A DNA stretch of 49,952 nucleotides. It comes from Methanobrevibacter sp. GTDB taxonomy: Archaea > Methanobacteriota > Methanobacteria > Methanobacteriales > Methanobacteriaceae. The notes under the pieces are model-generated. The model was given only the letters and a program-made list of their open reading frames with translations. It was not told the DNA's origin and made no database searches. Where the stretch lies: positions 1 through 49,952 of the forward strand of contig JAZUAV010000040.1 in assembly GCA_045638165.1 (NCBI GenBank). Reading direction: 5' to 3'. The stretch's first letter is position 1. Every line of letters starts with the position of its first letter. The translations under genes and the position numbers were made by a program. Of this stretch, positions 1-9,792 are shown piece by piece.

Positions 1-353
1 GGTTCGGATTATACTCGTTGCCCTAAAAACACACCTTGTTTTAAATATTATGGTGCGTTTCTATATAATTATACTTGGAGTTTTATAAAATATTCGTCGA
101 AAAAATAAAAAAATATATATGAATTAAAAATAAAAGGCGAAATATGTTGAAATAAACTATAATAAGCACAAATATCTTAAATTCTATTTAAATAAAAAGC
201 AATCCAACCAAAGATTAAACTTTAATTAAACAACTCATTATAACTAAAAACATGATATTTAAAAGTTTTATTAAAAAATTAAGACAATTATTATTCAATT
301 AATAAAAAATTACATAATTATAAAAAGTTAAAGTAAAAAAAATAGTTGATTAT

Positions 354-1907
354 ATGTTATATGAGAAAAACATTTTTCAAAAAAAGCATGACAGCATAAA
401 CATTCATTTTGGATTGGCATATCCCAATGTTTATAGAACTGCAATGTCATCCTTAGGATATAATATATTATATAACTATATTAATGAACGTGACGATGCT
501 TGGTGTGAAAGAATTATATATCCCAACATCAATTCAATAGAATCAAATACCCCAAGCAAGCATTTTGATATATTAAGTTTCTCTTTGCAATTCGAAGAGG
601 ATTATTTTAATGTTTTAGAAATTTTAAAAAAATCTGAAATTCCATTAAAAAGAAAAGATCGCAGTGAAGATGATCCTCTAATAATAGCAGGAGGCCCATG
701 TGCAACTGCAAATCCTATGCCATTGTCAGATTATATTGATGTTTTTATAATTGGAGAAGGTGAAGCAATAATTAACGAATTTTTAAATAGATATCTTGAA
801 GGCCCCAAGAATAATTTAAAAAAATTTTTAGATATACCGGGGGTTTATATTCCGGAATACAACAACAAAACCAAAATAGCATTAGTAAGGGATATGGATG
901 ATGCATACCATATTACAGAGCCTATCATAAGTAAAAGTGATGATGAAAATTACCAAACCATTTTTAATAATTCCATAATGTTAAATGTCTCAAGAGGATG
1001 TAGCAGAGGTTGTAGATTTTGTATGGCAAGTTATCTCTATAGGCCAACAAGAGAAAGCAACTGGGAAAAATTAGTAAATACAGCTATTAAAAACAGACAA
1101 AAAACTGGATTAAATAAAGTCACTTTGATAGGTGCTGCAGTATCTGATTACAGTAACTTAGATCATCTTATTGGAAAACTTGAAGAAGAGGGTTTTCAAA
1201 TTTCAACACCTTCTCTAAGAATAGAGTCAATTTCTAGGAAAACCTTAGAAACCTTAAAAGAAAGTGGACTTAAAACAATTACCCTTGCCCCGGAATCAAT
1301 TGACAGATTAAGAAAAGTAATTAATAAAGACATACCTGATGAAAAAATATTTTCAGTGATAAAAGATGCAGTTGATTTAGATTTTAAATTAAAATTATAC
1401 TTTCTAATTGGAATTCCTGGTGAAAGTCAAGATGATATTAAAGAACTTATAGACTACATGAAAAAAATAGCTAAAATGCACAATAATATTCAAAATGTAA
1501 AATTTAGTGTAAATCCAATAATTCCAAAACCCCATACCCCTTTACAGTGGGAGCAATATGATTTTAAAGACATTAAGAATAAAACCAGATATATTAAAAA
1601 AGAAATGCGAAGATATAACATCAAGTGCGAAAGTCCTAAAAAAGGTATGATTCAATATATATTGTCCTGTGGAAATAGAGAAGTTGGAGCACTTATTGAA
1701 AAATCTTTGATAAATCCTCCAACATTAAAAGAATGGAAAGAATTACTTCCAAATTACAATATCTGCGATGAATTACCCTGGACCAATATTGATGTTGGAG
1801 TAAATGAAAGATTTTTGAAAATGGAGAATAAACGATTGAAAAATTTAAAACAAACCCCCTGGTGTGAAACATCCCCATGTTACAAATGTGGCGCATGTGA
1901 AAAATAA
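354..1907 (+). CDS. Radical SAM protein (B12-binding-like N-terminal domain, TIGR03960-like), C-terminal Cys cluster
   Basis: CxxxCxxC motif GCSRGCRFC; AGGPCATANP and GEGE motifs; C-terminal CETSPCYKCGAC. Confidence 0.85.
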   Translation: MLYEKNIFQKKHDSINIHFGLAYPNVYRTAMSSLGYNILYNYINERDDAWCERIIYPNINSIESNTPSKHFDILSFSLQFEEDYFNVLEILKKSEIPLKRKDRSEDDPLIIAGGPCATANPMPLSDYIDVFIIGEGEAIINEFLNRYLEGPKNNLKKFLDIPGVYIPEYNNKTKIALVRDMDDAYHITEPIISKSDDENYQTIFNNSIMLNVSRGCSRGCRFCMASYLYRPTRESNWEKLVNTAIKNRQKTGLNKVTLIGAAVSDYSNLDHLIGKLEEEGFQISTPSLRIESISRKTLETLKESGLKTITLAPESIDRLRKVINKDIPDEKIFSVIKDAVDLDFKLKLYFLIGIPGESQDDIKELIDYMKKIAKMHNNIQNVKFSVNPIIPKPHTPLQWEQYDFKDIKNKTRYIKKEMRRYNIKCESPKKGMIQYILSCGNREVGALIEKSLINPPTLKEWKELLPNYNICDELPWTNIDVGVNERFLKMENKRLKNLKQTPWCETSPCYKCGACEK

Positions 1908-1987
1908 TTACTGGAAAAAAACAAATTTACAATAAAAATAAAAATTAAATAAAAAACAATTAAATATATTATAAGTGAGGAAAAATT

Positions 1988-3106
1988 ATGGTAAACCCTG
2001 CAAGCAGAACAAAATCAATAGAATTATCACAAATAAGAAAAATGTTTGAAGTGACAAATCCTAATGCAATAAATCTAGGAATTGGCGAACCGGATTTTAA
2101 TGTTCCGAAAAACATTAAAGCTGCAATGAAAAATTCCATCGATGATAATGAAACACATTATACTTCCAATAAAGGAATAATTGAATTAAGAGAAGCAATT
2201 GCAGACAAATTTGAAAAAGATAATGGGATAAAAACTAATCCAGACAGTATTATTGTAACTGCTGGAGCAAGTGAAGGTTTATTCATGTGTGCTCAAGCAT
2301 TTTTTGAATCAGGTGATGAAATAATTCTTCCAAACCCTAGTTTCTTATCTTATGAAGCGTGTATAAATTTGGCAGGTGCAAAAATAGTTCCTGTTGATTG
2401 TTCAATGGAAAATGAATTTAAACTAAAAGCAGATGATGTTTTAGAAAAAATATCAAACGATACTAAAGCAATCATGATTAATTCCCCATCAAACCCAACA
2501 GGAGCGGTAATGGAAAAAGAAGATATAAAGGCAATAGCTGATTTATCTATGGACCATGATTTTATGGTAATATCTGATGAGATATATGAAAAAATTATTT
2601 ATGATAAAAAACACTACTCTCCTGCAAGATATAGTGATAATGTAATTACTTTAAATGGATTTTCAAAGACATATGCAATGACCGGACTTAGAGTCGGTTA
2701 TCTAACAGCCAATGAGGATTATACTGAAGAATTGCTTAAAATACATCAGTATAATATCGCATGTGCAAGTACCACCTCGCAGAAAGGAGCTTTAGAAGCA
2801 TTGACTGGACCTCAGGACGAAGTAGAAAAAATGGTTAATGAATTCAGAAGAAGACGTGATTTGATAGTAACTCGCTTAAATGAAATGGGATATGAAACAG
2901 TTAATGCTGAAGGGGCATTTTATGTATTTCCAAAAATTGAGGAAAAGGATTTTGTTCAAAAAGCGGCGAAAGCAGGTGTTATTACCGTTCCCGGAGCTGC
3001 ATTTGGATCCAATGGAGAAAAACATGTGAGAATGTCTTATGCAAACTCTTATGAAAATATCGAAAAAGCAATGAACATCTTAGAAGAGCGTGTAGTTAAT
3101 GGATGA
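1988..3106 (+). CDS. PLP-dependent class I/II aminotransferase (aspartate aminotransferase-like)
   Basis: NLGIGEPDF, NSPSNPTG, SDEIY and GFSKTYAMTGLRVG (PLP lysine) motifs. Confidence 0.92.
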   Translation: MVNPASRTKSIELSQIRKMFEVTNPNAINLGIGEPDFNVPKNIKAAMKNSIDDNETHYTSNKGIIELREAIADKFEKDNGIKTNPDSIIVTAGASEGLFMCAQAFFESGDEIILPNPSFLSYEACINLAGAKIVPVDCSMENEFKLKADDVLEKISNDTKAIMINSPSNPTGAVMEKEDIKAIADLSMDHDFMVISDEIYEKIIYDKKHYSPARYSDNVITLNGFSKTYAMTGLRVGYLTANEDYTEELLKIHQYNIACASTTSQKGALEALTGPQDEVEKMVNEFRRRRDLIVTRLNEMGYETVNAEGAFYVFPKIEEKDFVQKAAKAGVITVPGAAFGSNGEKHVRMSYANSYENIEKAMNILEERVVNG

Positions 3107-4007
3107 ATTAAGAAGTAAAGAAGGAAGAAAAGCAGCCATTGTCGCAATTATCGCAAACTGCTTTTTAACAACCTTCAACATCATCATAGGTTTTATGTCC
3201 GGAAGTTATGCTTTAATATCTGAAGGGGCACATACTCTATCAGACATAATTACAACAATCGTTGCATATGCCGGCTTTAAGATAGGGCAAAAACCTGCTG
3301 ATGCAGAACACCCCATAGGACACGGGCGTGCAGAAGCAATAAGCGGATTAGTGATAGTCCTATTCCTGACTATGGTTGCTTATGAGATAATGAGCGGAGC
3401 TATTGAAAAAATCTTAAATCCCTCTCTAATAACCGTTCCAGATACCTTTGCAGCCATAATGGCAGTGTTTGGTATATTGGTTAACTTTTCCGTTAGCAAA
3501 TATATTATCAATATTGGTAAAAAAATTAAGAGTCCCGCAATTATTGCCGACGGACAACACCAAAAAACAGACATATTTTCATCCGTTGCGGTTTTACTGG
3601 GAGTTATAGTGTCAAATATGGGCTATCCCATATTAGACCCTATTATAGGATTAGTAATAGGATTTTTAATTTTAAAAACTGCTTATGATATAGGAAAAGC
3701 AAATCTGGATAACATTATGGGAAAACTTCCATCACAAGAATTTATTGATAATATTAAAGAAATTGCAAATAATACACCGCAGGCACAGGAGGCTCATAAT
3801 ATCAAAGTAGATTACTTAGGGTCATATGCATTAGTAACCTTACATGTTAAACTCGACGGAAATTTAACCTTAAATGAAACTCACGAAATCGTTCACCAAG
3901 TTCAGGACAATATCATAAGAGAAATACCTGAAGTCAAATATGTAATGGTTCACGCATGCCCTATCGGATTACAATATGACCATGACCAAGAAATAGATAA
4001 AAATTAA
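3099..4007 (+). CDS. Cation diffusion facilitator family metal transporter (FieF-like)
   Basis: Multiple TM helices; HTLSD and HQKTD metal-site motifs; PADAEHPIGHGRAE; C-terminal soluble domain; 8-nt overlap with the upstream gene. Confidence 0.9.
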   Translation: MDELRSKEGRKAAIVAIIANCFLTTFNIIIGFMSGSYALISEGAHTLSDIITTIVAYAGFKIGQKPADAEHPIGHGRAEAISGLVIVLFLTMVAYEIMSGAIEKILNPSLITVPDTFAAIMAVFGILVNFSVSKYIINIGKKIKSPAIIADGQHQKTDIFSSVAVLLGVIVSNMGYPILDPIIGLVIGFLILKTAYDIGKANLDNIMGKLPSQEFIDNIKEIANNTPQAQEAHNIKVDYLGSYALVTLHVKLDGNLTLNETHEIVHQVQDNIIREIPEVKYVMVHACPIGLQYDHDQEIDKN

Positions 4008-4013
4008 TTAAAA

Positions 4014-4097
4014 CGCCGGGACGGGGATTTGAACCCCGGCGATCATAAGATCATCGGATTAGCAGTCCGACGCCGTACCAGGCTGGGCCATCCCGAC
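4014..4097 (-). tRNA. tRNA-Ser (anticodon GCT), long variable arm, no encoded CCA
   Basis: Reverse complement GTCGGGATGGCCCAGCCTGGTACGGCGTCGGACTGCTAATCCGATGATCTTATGATCGCCGGGGTTCAAATCCCCGTCCCGGCG folds as a cloverleaf; TATA-like TTTATAAA at about 4139-4146. Confidence 0.95.
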
Positions 4098-4163
4098 AAA
4101 TAAAAAAACAAGTATAATAAATTATATGTTCAAACTTATTTATAAACTTAATTATTTTTTCAA

Positions 4164-4472
4164 ATGGCGGGTTCAGAAGTGGACTAATCTTAAAAATATA
4201 AGTGATCTAAAAAACCCAACTCCGCCCCGGGATTCTACAAGCATCGAATGTTAATAGTAGAGCTGCTCCCTTCCGGGCCTGACCCATTCCCATATCGAAG
4301 ATGACTAATTTTTACCCTCCAGTAAAAATCTCACCACCACCAATCCTGTAGGACGAGGTTTCTATGCTGTTTTTTCTAGGCTTATACTCTCTTAAAAAGC
4401 CGCCTTCTGAACTTCGACTGCACCAAAGGGGGTGTGTGCTTACAGAGGACCCCTAACCCTCCAGTCTAGCCA
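4164..4472 (-). ncRNA. ffs: Archaeal signal recognition particle RNA (7S RNA)
   Basis: 5' GGCTAGACTGGAGGGTTAGGGGTCCTCTGTAAGC (Alu-like domain); helix-8 motif GTCAGGCCCGGAAGGGAGCAGC at about 4262-4283; about 310 nt; TATA box at about 4496-4503; ends approximate. Confidence 0.92.
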
Positions 4473-4640
4473 ATGTTAATATATGATTTTAATATTATAT
4501 AAAGGTTAGTAAAAATGATTTACAGGAAAGAAAAATATTACTGAAATAGATTAAAAATAGATTTTCTAGAAATAAAAATTTTTATACTAACTAATTAAAA
4601 AATCGTTAAAAATGAATAAAATAAATAAAAATGAGATATA

Positions 4641-5033
4641 TTAAAATATCTCTTGAATAATATCCCCATCAGATATAATTCCAACCAATTTCTCATCTTC
4701 AACAACAGGAAGTTGATTTAAAATTCCTGATGAAGAAACACCATCTTTCATCACATTGATGGCTGTTTCAAGACTGTCTTCAGGTGAAACTGTAACAACA
4801 GACTTTATCATAATTTCATCAACATTAGTTCCCAATTCATATTTGTCAAGAATCAAATTATGACCAACATCAGTTGCAGTGATAATTCCAACCAATTTCT
4901 CATCTTCAACAACAGGAAGAGAACTAATTTTATGTTCCATCAATTTTTCAAAAGCATTAACAACATCAACATCAGGTGTAGTAGTAATTACATCTGTTGT
5001 CATTATTTCTTTAACTTTCTTGTTCAACATCAT
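4641..5033 (-). CDS. CBS domain pair protein
   Basis: Two repeats of LPVVEDEKLVGII, typical of a Bateman module. Confidence 0.9.
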   Translation of the reverse strand: MMLNKKVKEIMTTDVITTTPDVDVVNAFEKLMEHKISSLPVVEDEKLVGIITATDVGHNLILDKYELGTNVDEIMIKSVVTVSPEDSLETAINVMKDGVSSSGILNQLPVVEDEKLVGIISDGDIIQEIF

Positions 5034-5931
5034 CTATTCCTCCAAATTTTTCTAAAATATCATTTACCATAATATCTATAGTTTCATTAATATCCACATT
5101 ATTAACAATATGTGCATCATGAATTTTTGCTTGTTCAACTAAAAACATTTGGGTTTTTCTAATAGCCTCAAAGTTATCCATATACCTTTCAAGAGGTCTT
5201 TTAACCCATGGTTGACGGCATCTAGAATAAAATCTCTGTTTATGAGACTCTTCATCATCAACCGTTAATGTAAAAATGATAATATTGTTATTGTCTATTA
5301 AATCTTTTCTAATAAAGCCCGGAACAATATGAACACCTTCAATAATAGTGCTTATGCCTTCTTTTGCTGAACGTTCAATGATTGCTTCGATACCTACATT
5401 CACAACATCCACATGACTGATGAAACCCTCAATAACAGAATCAACCCTAATAGATGGAGTTCTAATACTTTCATGTGCATCAAAGCTTGATTTATGAATA
5501 ACCGGGCTTAACTCCTTTGAAACAATTTTACGCATTACTTCACGAATCATGTCCGTGCTTATGAGATTTTTCAATCTTAACCTGTTTGCAAGCTCAAATG
5601 CCATTGAAGAAGTACCAACACCAGAAGCACCACCAATGAGAATAATTAATGGTTTTTTAGATGTTCTAAGAGATCTCCAATTTTTATATTTGGCTGCGAT
5701 TTTTGGGTCAATTTTCTCAAGATGATTTAAAACAACAATAGCCAAATCGGAACTGGTGATTTCAGTGATGTTATTTTTTAATAACTCTTGTTCAATATCC
5801 TCTGCTATATCATGAGCTCTTACAGTTCCGATATCAGCAACATCTAATGAACGAGACATTATTCCTTTAGAAAAGGGTTCTTTATACTGTTCACCCTCAA
5901 CATCACCTATAACCCATATCATGATTATCAC
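5011..5931 (-). CDS. pgk2: 2-phosphoglycerate kinase (N-terminal ATP-cone-like domain plus P-loop kinase)
   Basis: EPFSKGIMSRSL N-terminus; LIGGASGVGTS P-loop variant; STDMIREVMR; IIEGVHIVPG. Confidence 0.85.
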   Translation of the reverse strand: MIIMIWVIGDVEGEQYKEPFSKGIMSRSLDVADIGTVRAHDIAEDIEQELLKNNITEITSSDLAIVVLNHLEKIDPKIAAKYKNWRSLRTSKKPLIILIGGASGVGTSSMAFELANRLRLKNLISTDMIREVMRKIVSKELSPVIHKSSFDAHESIRTPSIRVDSVIEGFISHVDVVNVGIEAIIERSAKEGISTIIEGVHIVPGFIRKDLIDNNNIIIFTLTVDDEESHKQRFYSRCRQPWVKRPLERYMDNFEAIRKTQMFLVEQAKIHDAHIVNNVDINETIDIMVNDILEKFGGIDDVEQES

Positions 5932-6038
5932 ATTTCCATGAATTAAATCTGATTAAATATTTTTTATTATTGTTAAATAAAAGTTGTCATTTGATTTTTA
6001 GAAAAAGAACAAAAGAAGAAAAAAGAATGAATAAGAAA

Positions 6039-6728
6039 TTATTCATCTAAAGATATAAGGCTTAAATCATAATTAGAGCCATCTTTAATATCAATTAAAA
6101 CAGCACCATTATCCTTAAGCATTCCAGGGTTTGCTACATCAGTAGTTTTTCCGATTTTACTAATTGATTTTGCTTCATGAATATGTCCACAAAGATTAAT
6201 CTCAGGCTCAAACTCATGAATAGATTTTTGAATTCCAGAACTTCCAACATGCTCACCATTTGACACCCTATCAGCATCAGTGTTGAAAGGTGGAGCGTGA
6301 GTAGCTAAAATTCTTACCTTAGGAACATCAGAATTATAAACATAATCATAATTTGCTAATAAATCGTAAACCTCTGCATAAATCTTATCGTCATCCATTT
6401 CACCAGGAGTATCGAATGGAGTTGGATTAGACCCTCCGAATCCAAATAATATTGCATCGCCATAAGCGATAATATTATTATGGAGGCAGAATGATACTTC
6501 ATTAATAGCATTGCATATTCCTGTTGGGTCACAATTACCAGGAATGGCTATTACATCCACACCGCAGTCAGCAACTTTATTAATAAAAGTTGAAACAAAA
6601 TCTAAAGGACCAAAGTTAGTAATATCCCCCAAAATTAAAACCAAATCAATATCATTATTATTTAAGTAAGTGTATAAATTTTCGTTTTCTTCACCGTGAA
6701 CATCACTTATCGCTAAAATTTTAGTCAT
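6039..6728 (-). CDS. Calcineurin-like metallophosphoesterase
   Basis: SDVHG, GD, GNCD, THAPP and CGHIHE motifs. Confidence 0.9.
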   Translation of the reverse strand: MTKILAISDVHGEENENLYTYLNNNDIDLVLILGDITNFGPLDFVSTFINKVADCGVDVIAIPGNCDPTGICNAINEVSFCLHNNIIAYGDAILFGFGGSNPTPFDTPGEMDDDKIYAEVYDLLANYDYVYNSDVPKVRILATHAPPFNTDADRVSNGEHVGSSGIQKSIHEFEPEINLCGHIHEAKSISKIGKTTDVANPGMLKDNGAVLIDIKDGSNYDLSLISLDE

Positions 6729-6738
6729 TTAATCACCA

Positions 6739-7266
6739 TCATTCTTCTAAAAAGAAAGATCCCATTTCTTTCAAACCAACTTGAAGATCAGGTTTATCAC
6801 CATGTAATTCAATAGTTACATCATCATCAAATTCTATAATGAGACCATTCCATTCTGCAATTTCTTGAACTCTTTCTTCCGCTAATGGAACTTTTAATGT
6901 AATCCTTCCAGTAGTCAAGCCAGGAGGAGTATTTACAAGGAATGTTGACCTTGATTTTGCAAATTCAAATACTTCTTTTCCTTGCATAACCTGCTTTAAC
7001 AAGTCAAACCAATAATCAGCATATTCATCTCCCTCTTCCTCAGCCATAGTTAAAAGAGTTGCTTGAATATTATTTAAAGACATTTCAGCATTTGCTAAAC
7101 CATTAATCAAATCTGGATGAGACGGATCTCTTTTATATGAACTAATTGAAGACCTGATTAATCCCATCTCAGGGTTAATTCCCTTCGGTATTTCATATCC
7201 TTTTTTAGTTAAATCAGAAATGAGATGTTGAAGAACTAACCAATTCTGTTCAGAAGGTAAACTCAT
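6739..7266 (-). CDS. Conserved methanogen protein (DUF2096-like)
   Basis: LPSEQNWLVL N-terminus and ERVQEIAEWNG motif; lies downstream of hdrB. Confidence 0.65.
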   Translation of the reverse strand: MSLPSEQNWLVLQHLISDLTKKGYEIPKGINPEMGLIRSSISSYKRDPSHPDLINGLANAEMSLNNIQATLLTMAEEEGDEYADYWFDLLKQVMQGKEVFEFAKSRSTFLVNTPPGLTTGRITLKVPLAEERVQEIAEWNGLIIEFDDDVTIELHGDKPDLQVGLKEMGSFFLEE

Positions 7267-7529
7267 AAATGTCCACCTATAATTTTTAAAGTAGTATGAT
7301 TTATTTTAGCATCAGCATCTTTTAATTCTTTTTCAATTTCACTAATATTTTCATAAGAGTCTAAGAACAACACATGGTGAGTTGAGGTACCGGCAATATT
7401 TAAAATTGCAATTTCATCACTTGGTTTTAATTCTCTTTTCTCAATTGTTGCTTTAAATTGAACATATGGTTCATATTCTTCTGGAAGGTCAGAATATTTA
7501 AATATACCATCTAATGTTGCTAAAAACAT
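7263..7529 (-). CDS. Conserved methanogen protein (DUF749-like)
   Basis: Likely start at ATG 7529 (MFLATLDG) after a GAGGTG RBS; the longer track ORF runs through AT-rich promoter sequence. Confidence 0.65.
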   Translation of the reverse strand: MFLATLDGIFKYSDLPEEYEPYVQFKATIEKRELKPSDEIAILNIAGTSTHHVLFLDSYENISEIEKELKDADAKINHTTLKIIGGHL

Positions 7530-7697
7530 AATTACACCTCTTATTTTATTTAGTTTATTTTTTCTTAATACTCCTATATAAAAGTACTCACGAATTATTC
7601 GTATGTATTCAAACAAAAAATTGATTCGTAAAAAAAAGGTTATCTGAAGATAACCATTATCCAAATTGTGTTTTCAAGGCCTAAAAAAATAAAATAA

Positions 7698-7714
7698 AAG
7701 GATTAAAAATCCTT
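7698..7714 (-). terminator. Short hairpin followed by T-tracts after hdrB
   Basis: AAGGATT-aaa-AATCCTT, then T-rich runs on the minus strand. Confidence 0.45.
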
Positions 7715-7718
7715 AAAT

Positions 7719-8606
7719 TTATTCACCTAATGCTTTTTTAACAGCAGGGGTTGCGTCAATTTTTTGAGCATCGAAAGTTAACTCTTCTGGTGATAATCCC
7801 ATAGCTAATCCGTATAATTGAGCTAAGTGGAATACAGGAATTGCAAAGTCAGTTCCGTATTTTTCGTTAACTTCAGTTTGACCTTGGTCAAATTGCATGT
7901 GACAGAATGGACATACATTAACAATTGCATCTACACCAGCTTCAGTCATGTGATCGAGTTTTTCTTTAGTGAAACTAGTAGTTACATCTAAGTCTCTAGC
8001 TCTTAAACCTCCACCTGCACCACAGCACATCATTTTGTCTTTGTAGTCAACAGATTTTGCACCTGTGATTTCTACAAGGTCATCTAAAATAGATGGATTT
8101 TCAGCTTGATCTTCGATACCAATGGTTTCAGTAGGTTTTAAGAAGTGGCAACCATAGTGAACTGCAACATTTAAATCTAAAGGTTTTTCAATTAATGAAG
8201 CTAATTTTTCAAAACCAACATCATCTCTTAAGATTTGAGCGAAGTGTTTTACATTAATAGTTCCTTTATATTCTCTGCCAATTTCTGCTAAGTTAGCATT
8301 GATTTTAGCTTTTTTCTCTTCATTTTCTTTTAAAATGTGGTTACATTCAAATAATGAACCGAAACATCCGTTACATTCAGTCATGATGTCTGCGCCCATA
8401 TCTTCAGCAAGAGTCAAGTTACGAGCTGCGATAGTAGCCCAGGTTTCTTCATCAAAAGAACCGAATACACCAGGAGCAGGACAACAAGATGCTCCTTCCA
8501 TATCTTTTAATTCAATATCTAATGCTTCGAATAATTTTCTGGTTGCTTTTTCAACACCAGGATAACGGTTGTTCATAATACAACCTAAGAAGTATGCAAT
8601 TTCCAT
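7719..8606 (-). CDS. hdrB: CoB-CoM heterodisulfide reductase subunit B
   Basis: YFLGCIMNNRYPG, SCCPAPG, ECNGC, HYGCHFLKP, CCGAGGG and VCPFCHMQFD CCG-domain motifs. Confidence 0.95.
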   Translation of the reverse strand: MEIAYFLGCIMNNRYPGVEKATRKLFEALDIELKDMEGASCCPAPGVFGSFDEETWATIAARNLTLAEDMGADIMTECNGCFGSLFECNHILKENEEKKAKINANLAEIGREYKGTINVKHFAQILRDDVGFEKLASLIEKPLDLNVAVHYGCHFLKPTETIGIEDQAENPSILDDLVEITGAKSVDYKDKMMCCGAGGGLRARDLDVTTSFTKEKLDHMTEAGVDAIVNVCPFCHMQFDQGQTEVNEKYGTDFAIPVFHLAQLYGLAMGLSPEELTFDAQKIDATPAVKKALGE

Positions 8607-8627
8607 ATTATAACTCTCCTCATTAAT

Positions 8628-9608
8628 TTATTCTTTTAATCCGCCGGTTGCTTCATCATAACCGATTAATTCATCGAAAGCGGTAATTTTACATAATTTT
8701 TGTACTTCTTCTAATGCTTCAGGATAAGCATGAGTTGTTGGTGGCACTTCAGGAAGACCAATTTTGGTTCTTAAAGCTTTAACAGTGTCGTTAATAGGTA
8801 CTGCGTGACCAGTATTCATTACAAATACACCAGTCATTTTGTGAGGTTTTGCCATGTATCCTGCATGAGCAGCGATGTTACGTGCTTTTTTGATGATTTC
8901 TACAATTTTAACACTTCTGAGACATCTTTCTTGGCAAGTGTAACAGGTAGTACACATCCATAAAGCATCGTCAGCAATAACTTCTTCTTTTAAACCTAAT
9001 AAACATTTTCTGACAATTTGTCTTACTTTGTATGGAGTTCTTCTTCCAGATGGGCAACTTCCACTACAGGTACCACATTGGAAACAGTGTTTTACAGTTT
9101 CGATTCCAGCATCGATGAACTCAGCAGTGAAATCTGGGTCACGATTACTATCATTTAATAATTCTTTATCAGTCAATAAAGTCATATTATCTCCTTTTGT
9201 ATCTTTATTATTTGAATTTTCCTCAACTTCATCAGCATCTACTTCTTCAGAAGTTTCTTCAACTTCTTCAGCTGATTCAACGACAATAGCTTCTTCTGAT
9301 TCTTCTTCATCTTCAGCCGGAGCCTCAGCTTCCTCCACAATTTCTTCAGATGAATCTTCCACAGCTTCAGAAACTTCTTCAACAGCTTCTTCTTCAGCCT
9401 TGTCCTCTTCTAAAGGTTCGATGTCTTTTTTAAAAGTTAAATCTTTTTCTCTGTCAATTTCTACTTTAAGAGTGACAGATTTTTCCACAATTTTTGAAGA
9501 TGTAACTTCGACATCATCAGATGTGTTTGAAACATCAGTTTTGATGTCTTCTTCTTCAGTATCATTTTCTCCTTTGAATAGAGTTTTAAGACGATTTATA
9601 ATAGACAT
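8628..9608 (-). CDS. hdrC: CoB-CoM heterodisulfide reductase subunit C with a long acidic N-terminal extension
   Basis: CFQCGTCSGSCP and WMCTTCYTCQERC [4Fe-4S] motifs; start ATG 9608 after GAGGTG; second RBS plus ATG at 9185. Confidence 0.92.
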   Translation of the reverse strand: MSIINRLKTLFKGENDTEEEDIKTDVSNTSDDVEVTSSKIVEKSVTLKVEIDREKDLTFKKDIEPLEEDKAEEEAVEEVSEAVEDSSEEIVEEAEAPAEDEEESEEAIVVESAEEVEETSEEVDADEVEENSNNKDTKGDNMTLLTDKELLNDSNRDPDFTAEFIDAGIETVKHCFQCGTCSGSCPSGRRTPYKVRQIVRKCLLGLKEEVIADDALWMCTTCYTCQERCLRSVKIVEIIKKARNIAAHAGYMAKPHKMTGVFVMNTGHAVPINDTVKALRTKIGLPEVPPTTHAYPEALEEVQKLCKITAFDELIGYDEATGGLKE

Positions 9609-9704
9609 TGAAAACACACCTCGGATAATCATAGGATGATTTCCTCAAATCCATACTAATATTCTTTAAAAGAACATATATAAAGGTTACTAAAATTTTT
9701 GATT

Positions 9705-9725
9705 GTGTAATCTAAATGATTACAC
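9705..9725. promoter_or_regulatory. Perfect inverted repeat GTGTAATC-N5-GATTACAC upstream of the hdrC TATA box (candidate regulator site)
   Basis: 8-bp arms at 9705-9712 and 9718-9725; TTTATATA TATA box on the minus strand at about 9677-9684. Confidence 0.55.
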
Positions 9726-9792
9726 CTTTTAAAAAATTTTTATAAACCTAAAAAAATAAACTATAAAATATAACTCCATAGGAAAGACATAA

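Noticed and set aside
4670..4920. Near-identical DNA repeat (about 4675-4712 and 4882-4919)
   Set aside because: It encodes the two CBS repeats of one protein; not a mobile or regulatory repeat.
5607..5640. P-loop GASGVGTS lacking the Walker A lysine in 2-phosphoglycerate kinase
   Set aside because: As I recall, this variant is normal for the Methanobacteriales enzyme, so it is not evidence of inactivation.
9028..9639. 203-aa Ser-rich plus-strand ORF
   Set aside because: Antisense shadow of the GAA-rich acidic hdrC extension; no independent coding signal.
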